DNA of 64,000 nucleotides from a virus (Duplodnaviria; Heunggongvirae; Uroviricota; Caudoviricetes): IMG/VR virus record IMGVR_UViG_2880412407_000011; one strand, 5' to 3'. Shown piece by piece: positions 56,898 to 64,000 of this stretch (position 1 is its first letter; each line of letters starts with the position of its first letter). The notes under the pieces were generated by a model. It saw only the letters and a program-made list of their open reading frames with translations, ran no database searches and was not told where the DNA came from. The position numbers and the translations under genes were made by a program.

Positions 56898-57293
56898 ATG
56901 ACGAAAGATGAACTGATTGCCCGTCTCCGGTCGCTGGGTGAGCAACTGAACCGTGATGTCAGCCTGACGGGGACGAAAGAAGAACTGGCGCTCCGTGTGG
57001 CAGAGCTGGAAGAGGAGCTTGATGACACGGATGACGGAGCCGGTCAGGACTCGTCTGTCAGCCCGGAAAATGCGCTGACCGGACATGAAAATGAGGTGGT
57101 ATCAGCACAGACGGATACCGTGACTGATACGGCTGCTCTGGTCACGGTTGTGGCACTGGTGACGCTGCATACCGATGCACTTCACGCCACGCGGGATGAA
57201 CCTGTGGCATTTGTGCTGCCGGGAACGGCGTTTCGTGTCTCTGCCGGTGTGGCAGCCGAAATGACAGAGCGCGGCCTGGCCAGAATGCAATAA
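56898..57293 (+). CDS. FI: DNA packaging protein FI
   Basis: MTKDELIARLRSLGEQLNRDVSLTGTKEELALRVAELEEEL... lambda gpFI. Confidence 0.85.
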   Translation: MTKDELIARLRSLGEQLNRDVSLTGTKEELALRVAELEEELDDTDDGAGQDSSVSPENALTGHENEVVSAQTDTVTDTAALVTVVALVTLHTDALHATRDEPVAFVLPGTAFRVSAGVAAEMTERGLARMQ

Positions 57294-57304
57294 CGGGAGG
57301 CGCT

Positions 57305-57658
57305 GTGGCTGATTTCGATAACCTGTTCGATGCTGCCATTGTCCGCGCCGATGAAACGATACGCGGGTACATGGGAACGTCAGCCACCATGACATCCGGT
57401 GAGCAGTCCGGCGCAGTAATACGTGGTGTTTTTGATGACCCTGAAAATATCAGCTATGCCGGACAGGGCGTGCGCGTTGAAGGCTCCAGCCCGTCCCTGT
57501 TTGTCCGGACTGATGATGTGCGGCAGCTGCGGCGTGGAGACACGCTGACCATCGGTGAGGAAAACTTCTGGATAGACCGGGTTTCGCCGGATGATGGTGG
57601 AAGCTGTCATCTCTGGCTCGGGCGTGGCGTGCCGCCTGCCGTTAACCGTCGCCGCTGA
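57305..57658 (+). CDS. FII: head-tail joining protein FII
   Basis: 117 aa, near-identical to lambda gpFII. Confidence 0.9.
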   Translation: MADFDNLFDAAIVRADETIRGYMGTSATMTSGEQSGAVIRGVFDDPENISYAGQGVRVEGSSPSLFVRTDDVRQLRRGDTLTIGEENFWIDRVSPDDGGSCHLWLGRGVPPAVNRRR

Positions 57659-57669
57659 AAGGGGGAGGT

Positions 57670-58248
57670 ATGCCCATAAAAGGTCTTGAGCAGGCCGTTG
57701 AAAACCTCAGCCGTATCAGCAAAACGGCGGTGCCCGGTGCCGCCGCAATGGCCATTAACCGCGTTGCTTCATCCGCGATATCGCAGTCGGCGTCACAGGT
57801 TGCCCGTGAGACAAAGGTACGCCGGAAACTGGTAAAGGAAAGGGCCAGGCTGAAAAGGGCCACGGTCAAAAATCCGCAGGCCAGAATCAAAGTTAACCGG
57901 GGGGATTTGCCCGTAATCAGGCTGGGTAATGCGCGGGTTGTCCTTTCGCGCCGCAGGCGTCGTAAAAAGGGGCAGCGTTCATCCCTGAAAGGTGGCGGCA
58001 GCGTGCTTGTGGTGGGTAACCGTCATATTCCCGGCGCGTTTATTCAGCAACTGAAAAATGGCCGGTGGCATGTCATGCAGCGTGTGGCCGGGAAAAATCG
58101 TTACCCCATTGATGTGGTGAAAATTCCGATGGCGGTGCCGCTGACCACGGCATTTAAACAGAATATTGAACGGATACGGCGTGAACGTCTTCCGAAAGAG
58201 CTGGGCTATGCGCTGCAGCATCAACTGAGAATGGTAATAAAGCGATGA
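57670..58248 (+). CDS. Z: tail completion protein Z
   Basis: 192 aa lambda gpZ. Confidence 0.9.
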   Translation: MPIKGLEQAVENLSRISKTAVPGAAAMAINRVASSAISQSASQVARETKVRRKLVKERARLKRATVKNPQARIKVNRGDLPVIRLGNARVVLSRRRRRKKGQRSSLKGGGSVLVVGNRHIPGAFIQQLKNGRWHVMQRVAGKNRYPIDVVKIPMAVPLTTAFKQNIERIRRERLPKELGYALQHQLRMVIKR

Positions 58249-58639
58249 AACATACTGAACTCCGTGCAGCCGTACTGGATGCACTGGAGAAGCATGACAC
58301 CGGGGCGACGCTTTTTGATGGTCGCCCCGCTGTTTTGATGAGGCGGATTTTCCGGCAGTTGCCGTTTATCTCACCGGCGCTGAATACACGGGCGAAGAGC
58401 TGGACAGCGATACCTGGCAGGCGGAGCTGCATATTGAAGTTTTCCTGCCTGCTCAGGTACCGGATTCAGAGCTGGATGCGTGGATGGAGTCCCGGATTTA
58501 TCCGGTGATGAGCGATATCCCGGCACTGGCAGGACTGATTACCACGATGGTTACGCAGGGCTATGAGTATCGTCGTGATGACGATATGGCGTTATGGAGT
58601 TCTGCAGATCTGACTTATTCCATTACATACGAGATGTGA
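58245..58639 (+). pseudogene. U: tail terminator U, frameshifted
   Basis: N-terminus MKHTELRAAVLDALEKHDTGAT matches lambda gpU, then frame lost at a T4 run (58333-58336) where T5 is expected; remainder of U readable in the next frame. Confidence 0.75.
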
Positions 58640-58646
58640 GGACGAT

Positions 58647-59399
58647 ATGGCAACACCAAATCCCCTTGAGCCGGTAAAAGGTGCCGGTACCACTCTGTGG
58701 GTTTACAACGGCAAGGGTGATGCTTATGCAAACCCGTTGTCAGACGATGACTGGCAGCGACTGGCTAAGGTGAAGGATCTGACGCCGGGCGAGATGACGG
58801 CAGAACCCTACGATGATAACTACCTGGATGATGAAGACGCGGACTGGACCGCGACCGGGCAGGGGCAGAAGTCTGCAGGAGATACCAGTTTTACGCTGGC
58901 CTGGAAACCGGGAGAAGAAGGTCAGAAAGGGCTTATAGGCTGGTTTGAAAGCGGGGATGTGCGGGCCTATAAAATCCGTTTCCCAAATGGCACGGTGGAT
59001 GTGTTCCGTGGCTGGGTCAGCAGTATCGGTAAGGCCGTGACGGCGAAAGAAGTGATCACCCGCACGGTGAAAGTGACCAACGTGGGCAAACCTTCTGTAG
59101 CGGAAGAACGCAGCAAAATTACGCCGGTCACTGCGATTAAGGTGACGCCGACATCCGGTACGGTGGCAAAAGGGAAAACAACCACCCTGACGGTTTCTTT
59201 TGAGCCGGAAAGTGCAACCGACAAGACGTTCAGAGCGGTTTCCGCCGATCCGTCGAAAGCCACCATTAGTGTGAAAGATATGACAATTACGGTAAACGGC
59301 GTGGCGACAGGTAAGGTGCAGATCCCTGTGGTGAGCGGAAATGGTCAGTTCGCCGCAGTGGCTGAAGTCACCGTTACTGAAGCGGGCGCTGCAGGGTAA
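58647..59399 (+). CDS. V: major tail protein V
   Basis: 250 aa lambda gpV-like with Ig-like C-terminus. Confidence 0.9.
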   Translation: MATPNPLEPVKGAGTTLWVYNGKGDAYANPLSDDDWQRLAKVKDLTPGEMTAEPYDDNYLDDEDADWTATGQGQKSAGDTSFTLAWKPGEEGQKGLIGWFESGDVRAYKIRFPNGTVDVFRGWVSSIGKAVTAKEVITRTVKVTNVGKPSVAEERSKITPVTAIKVTPTSGTVAKGKTTTLTVSFEPESATDKTFRAVSADPSKATISVKDMTITVNGVATGKVQIPVVSGNGQFAAVAEVTVTEAGAAG

Positions 59400-59412
59400 A
59401 CGGAGGTAATAC

Positions 59413-59835
59413 ATGTTTCTGAAAACAGAACAATTTGAATATAACGGTGTGTCCGTCACGCTTTCCGAATTGTCTGCGCTGCAGCGGTTTGATTATATAA
59501 AGTTTGTTTCAGACGCAGAACAACAGGAGACAACGAAGCATGATGTCGTGCACATTAACCAGCGATATCTGGAAACGGCATCCCTGCTTGTGGCGATGTC
59601 GCTATGGCATTCCCATTCCCTCAAAGGCACTCTGGCCTCTCCGGAGACAGAGATGCAGCAGATCCGCCGTGAAGTGATGCTGGGATGGCCTGCTGATGCA
59701 CTGAATCAGGCAACGAACCGGGTGCTTTATCTTTCAGGTATGCTGGATAACCGGCACGATGCCGATCCTGAACAAACCGGGAAAGCAGAAGCGACTGAGC
59801 CGGTAACATCAAAAAAGCATTCGAAGGCGAGCTGA
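59413..59835 (+). CDS. G: tail assembly chaperone G
   Basis: 140 aa MFLKTEQFEYNGVSVTLSELSALQR... lambda gpG. Confidence 0.85.
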   Translation: MFLKTEQFEYNGVSVTLSELSALQRFDYIKFVSDAEQQETTKHDVVHINQRYLETASLLVAMSLWHSHSLKGTLASPETEMQQIRREVMLGWPADALNQATNRVLYLSGMLDNRHDADPEQTGKAEATEPVTSKKHSKAS

Positions 59836-60275
59836 ACTTTGTCCTGAAACTGGCGCGAGAGATGGGGAGACCCGACTGGCGCGCCATGCTGGCCGGGATG
59901 ACATCCACCGAATATGCCGACTGGCGACGTTTTTACTGCACGCATTATTTTCAGGATACCCAACTGGACGCTCATTTTTCCGGGCTGATGTACGCCGTAC
60001 TCAGCCTGTTTTTTGGCGATCCGGATATGCATCCGGCGGATTTCAGTCTGCTTGCTCCAGCGTGTGAGGAAGAGCAGACGGAGATGCCGGACGAGGAAGA
60101 AATGCTGATGCAGAAAGCGACAGGAGTTGCCGGAGGCGTCCGGTTCGGAGGGGACGGAGGGCGCGATATTTCACCTTCTGCGGATGTGGTGGATGTCAGC
60201 GAGGATGATGTTGCATTAATGATGGCTTCAGCGGGGATTTCCGGAGGTGTGAGATATGTCCCAGCCAGCGGGTGA
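59799..60275 (+). CDS. T: tail assembly chaperone T frame (G-T fusion via -1 frameshift)
   Basis: -1 frame open from 59799; slippery heptamer A AAA AAG at 59811-59817 in the G frame. Confidence 0.7.
   Translation, partial: AGNIKKAFEGELNFVLKLAREMGRPDWRAMLAGMTSTEYADWRRFYCTHYFQDTQLDAHFSGLMYAVLSLFFGDPDMHPADFSLLAPACEEEQTEMPDEEEMLMQKATGVAGGVRFGGDGGRDISPSADVVDVSEDDVALMMASAGISGGVRYVPASG
59811..59817 (+). other. -1 programmed ribosomal frameshift slippery heptamer A AAA AAG (G to G-T)
   Basis: Zero-frame codons AAA AAG preceded by A, inside the 35-nt G/T overlap. Confidence 0.6.
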
Positions 60276-62862
60276 TCTGGTTATTGATTTGAGTCTGGAT
60301 GCGGCCCGGTTTGATGAACAGATGGCCCGGGTACGCCGTCATTTTTCCAGTCTGGAGGCGGATGCCAGAAAAACCGCCAGTACTGTTGAACAGGGGCTGA
60401 GCCGACAGGCGCTGGCTGCACAAAAAGCCGGGATATCAGTCGGACAGTATAAGGCTGCCATGCGCACACTGCCCGCACAGTTCACGGATATTGTCACTCA
60501 GCTTGCCGGTGGTCAGAATCCCTTCCTTATCATGCTGCAGCAGGGGGGCAGATCAGCGATTCATTCGGTGGACCGCTCAGCCTGCTTACCCTGCTGAAGG
60601 AGGAACTTCTCGGGATCAGGGATGCCTCTGAATCATCAGAGGAGTCGCTGTCAGATACGGCAAATGCACTGGCTGAAAATGCCCGGAATGCCGGTGAGCT
60701 GGGACGATTTATGTCGGTGGCCCGTGTGGCGGCAGGTGGCGGGGTTGCCGTACTGGCCGCGCTTGCTGCCGCCGCCTGGCAGGCAGAGCAGGCTGACCGG
60801 GCCTTATTGCGTTCACTGATCCTGACCGGAGGGGCGGCTGCCACCACAACGGCAGAATTGTGGAAAATGGCCGGGGTGATCAGCGATGAAGCCGGTGGTG
60901 GTATCAGACAGGCGGCAGAAAATCTGGCCCGTCTGGCAGAAAGCGGGAAATATACCGCCGGGCAGCTACGGATCATGGGGAAACCTCTCAGAGATGGCTG
61001 CAGACGGTGGGGGACGATGCCGGGAAGGTGGAAAAAGCCTTTGAAGGGATTGCAGCAGATCCGGTGAAGGCGCTGGCCTCCCTGAATCAGCAGTATAACT
61101 TCCTGAGCGTTTCCCAGTTACGCCATATTGATGAGCTTGAGCGCACGAAAGGTAAACAGGCTGCGGTGACGGAGGCGATGTCCCTGTTTGCGGATGTCAT
61201 GAATGCACGTCTGGAGCAACTTGATAAAGCGGCCACGCCGGTGGAAAAAATCTGGGACGATGTTAAAACCTGGACTTCTGACGCATGGGCATGGATAGGT
61301 GATCATACACTGGGGCACTCAGTCTGATCACTGACGTGGTGGCCGGAACCGTTGAACAAGTGAAGCTGCTGCTTGTGCAGGGGATCTGGCGCTGGCTGAA
61401 TTTATTCAGTCAGCCTGGGAAACGACAAAGAATGTGCCCGGCGTTGGTGCGTTGTTTGGTGAACTGGCAGAAGAGAACCGCGTATTTATTGAGAAAACAA
61501 AACGCGATGAACTGGCGCTGAGAAAATCCATTGCGGAACGGGATGCGCGTATACGCCAGGGGAAATGGGGTACATCAACCGCTCGCGTGCAACAGGCGTC
61601 AGCAAAGGTCCTGGGCAGCAGGAAGCCGTCAGCCGTCTGGCTGAAGAGCTGACAGGTAAAAAGCATACATCACCGAAAACGCGCTCTGCCGGGGAGAGGG
61701 AAGAGGAGCAGGCAAGAGAGGCTCTGCTTGCCCTTGAAGCTGAGCTCAGGACGCTGGAAAAACACAGCGGTGCGAATGAGAAAATCAGTCGGCAGCGCCG
61801 TGATTTATGGAAGGCGGAAAGTCAGTATGCGGTCCTGAAAGAGGCTGCCACGAAACGGCAGTTATCCTGGCAGGAAAAATCCCTGCTGGCCCATGAGAAA
61901 GAGACGCTGGAGTACAAACGCCAGCTGGCTGACCTGGGCGACAAGGTTGAACACCAGAAACGCCTGAATGAGCTGGCACAGCAGGCGGTGCGGTTTGAAG
62001 AGCAGCAGAGCGCGAAGCAGGCCGCCATCAGCGCAAAAGCCCGCGGTCTCACTGACCGTCAGGCGCAGCGGGAGTCTGAAGCGCAGCGTCTTCGGGACGT
62101 GTACGGTGATAATCCGGCTGCGCTGGCGAAGGCCACATCGGCACTGAAGAACACCTGGTCTGCGGAGGAGCAGCTTCGTGGAAGCTGGATGGCCGGTCTG
62201 AAGTCCGGCTGGGGCGAGTGGGCAGAAAGTGCGACGGACAGTTTTTCGCAGGTTAAAAGCGTGGCCACGCAGACCTTTGACGGTATTGCACAGAATATGG
62301 CGGCGATGCTGACCGGTGCAGAGGCAGACTGGCGGGGATTCACCCGTTCGGTGCTGTCCATGATGACAGAAATCCTGCTTAAACAGGCCATGGTGGGCAT
62401 TGTCGGGCGTATCGGCAGCGCCATGGGCGGGCTGTTGGTGGCGGCGCATCCGCGTCAGGCGGTACAGCCATTCAGGCCGCTGCGGCGAAATTCCATTTTG
62501 CAACCGGAGGATTTACGGGAACCGGCGGCAAATATGAGCCAGCGGGGATTGTTCACCGTGGTGAATTTGTCTTCACGAAGGAGGCAACCAGCCGGATTGG
62601 CGTAGGAAATCTTTACCGGCTGATGCGCGGCTATGCCACCGGCGGTTATGTCGGTACACCGGGCCGTATGGCGGACAGCCGGTCGCAGGCGTCCGGGACG
62701 TTTGAGCAGAATAACCATGTGGTGATTAACAACGACGGCACGAACGGTCAGATAGGGCCACAGGCACTGAAGGCGGTTTATGACGTAGCCCGTAAGGCGG
62801 CAATGGATGTTGTGACCGGGCAGATGCGCGATGGTGGTCTGTTCTCCGGAGGTGGACGATGA
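60256..62862 (+). pseudogene. H: tape measure protein H, split by multiple frameshifts
   Basis: Six ORF fragments (60256-60597 ... 62623-62862) with lambda gpH N-terminus (DLVIDLSLDAARFDEQMARVRRHF) and C-terminus. Confidence 0.8.
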
Positions 62863-63188
62863 AAACCTTCCGCTGGAAAGTGAAACCCGGGATGGATGTG
62901 ACATCGGCTCCTTCCGTCAGGGAGGTGCGCTTTGGTGATGGCTATTCCCAGCGTGCGCCTGCCGGGCTGAACGCTGACCTGAAAACGTACAGCGTGACGC
63001 TGTCTGTCTCCCGTGAGGAGGCCACGGCGCTGGAGTCGTTTCTGGCTGAGCACGGGGGCTGGAAGGCCTTTCTGTGGACGCCGCCTTATGGTTACAGGCA
63101 GATAAAGGTGACCTGCGCAAAATGGTCGTCGCAGGTCAGTATGCTGCGTGTTGAGTTCAGCGCAGAGTTTAAGCAGGTGGTGAACTGA
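62859..63188 (+). CDS. M: minor tail protein M
   Basis: 109 aa lambda gpM. Confidence 0.9.
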   Translation: MKTFRWKVKPGMDVTSAPSVREVRFGDGYSQRAPAGLNADLKTYSVTLSVSREEATALESFLAEHGGWKAFLWTPPYGYRQIKVTCAKWSSQVSMLRVEFSAEFKQVVN

Positions 63189-63885
63189 TGCAGGATATTC
63201 ACGAAGAAAGTCTGAACGAGTCGGTTAAATCAGAGCAGTCACCGCGGGTGGTACTCTGGGAAATCGACCTGACGGTACAGGGTGGTGAGCGGTATTTTTT
63301 CTGCAATGAGCTGAATGAAAAAGGGGAGGCGGTTACCTGGCAGGGGCGGCAATATCAGGCATACCCGATTGACGGCAGTGGCTTTGAGATGAACGGGAAG
63401 GGCAGCAGTGCCCGCCCGTCGCTGACGGTGTCGAATCTGTTCGGTCTGGTCACCGGAATGGCGGAGGACCTGCAGAGCCTGGTGGGGCCACGGTGGTCCG
63501 CCGCCGGGTGTATGCCCGTTTTCTGGATGCGGTGAATTTTGTGGCGGGCAATCCGGAAGCGGACCCGGAGCAGGAGCTGAGCGACCGCTGGGTGGTGGAG
63601 CAGATGTCAGAGCTGACGGCCATGACAGCCTCGTTTGTGCTGGCAACACCGACGGAGACGGACGGAGCGCTGTTTCCCGGTCGCATCATGCTGGCGAACA
63701 CCTGTATGTGGGATTACCGGGGAGATGAATGCGGGTATAACGGTCCTGCGGTGGCGGATGAGTTCGATAAACCCACCACCGATATCCGTAAGGACAGATG
63801 CAGCAAGTGCATGCGCGGGTGTGAGATGCGCGGCATGGTGGCTAATTTTGGCGGTTTCCTTTCCATTAACAAACTTTCGCAGTAA
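63188..63885 (+). pseudogene. L: minor tail protein L, frameshifted
   Basis: Two fragments (63188-63535, 63493-63885); frame lost at a G-run near 63484-63487. Confidence 0.8.
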
Positions 63886-63890
63886 ATCCA

Positions 63891-64000
63891 ATGACACAGA
63901 CAGAATCAGCGATTCTGGCGCATGCCCGGCGGTGTGTGCCTGCGGAGTCGTGCGGCTTCGTGGTGAGAACGCCGGAGGGGGAGCGGTATATCCCTTGTGT
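63891..64000 (+). CDS. K: tail tip assembly protein K (5' partial, runs off window)
   Basis: MTQTESAILAHARRCVPAESCGFVVRTPEGERY... lambda gpK N-terminus. Confidence 0.8.
   Translation, partial: MTQTESAILAHARRCVPAESCGFVVRTPEGERYIPC

Noticed and set aside
59778-59784. Lambda-type GGGAAAG frameshift site for G-T in prophage Y
   Set aside because: The T frame has a TGA stop at 59796-59798 downstream of this motif, so frameshifting must occur later; A AAA AAG at 59811-59817 lies in the open overlap.

Overview
This window reads as two adjacent lambdoid prophages of an Escherichia/Shigella-type genome, with no obvious core chromosomal genes and no CRISPR array. All homology statements are by eye from memory of lambda, Qin and EHEC prophage proteins; no database search was run. 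(1) Positions 1-21060 carry the morphogenesis half of prophage X: portal, a ClpP-like protease/scaffold/major-capsid fusion gene interrupted by an in-frame TAG, then lambda-like tail genes Z-U-V-G/T-H-M-L-K-I-J, lom, stf and tfa. An IS600-like element sits in the 3' end of tfa, followed by a Pin-type serine invertase. (2) An AT-rich junction (about 21750-23130) leads into prophage Y in canonical lambdoid order: int, an xis split by a nested IS600::IS629 insertion, a large exonuclease-like gene, a Qin-like dicB operon including the DicF sRNA, divergent CI-like/Cro-like repressors, an O/P-like replication module with internal iteron arrays, a nin-like region (Hok toxin, YgiW/BOF protein, RusA), Q with a tR'-like terminator, an AraC-family regulator, tRNA-Ile(CAU) and tRNA-Arg(UCU), a TerB-like gene at the position where Stx phages carry stx, a nanS-p-like esterase, a phage-21-type lysis cassette, a PerC/Pch-like ORF, a lambda cos site, and a near-lambda head/tail operon (Nu1 to K, running off the window). 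Genes B, C, U, H, L and the nanS-p homolog in prophage Y are frameshifted, and every site I checked is a one-base homopolymer contraction, so assembly error and true decay cannot be separated here. I did not find a clearly novel multi-gene system; the most interesting points are the nested IS disruption of xis, the DicF/DicB module, the cargo at the stx-equivalent locus, the PerC-like ORF, the amber-interrupted capsid gene and the ori-like iterons.
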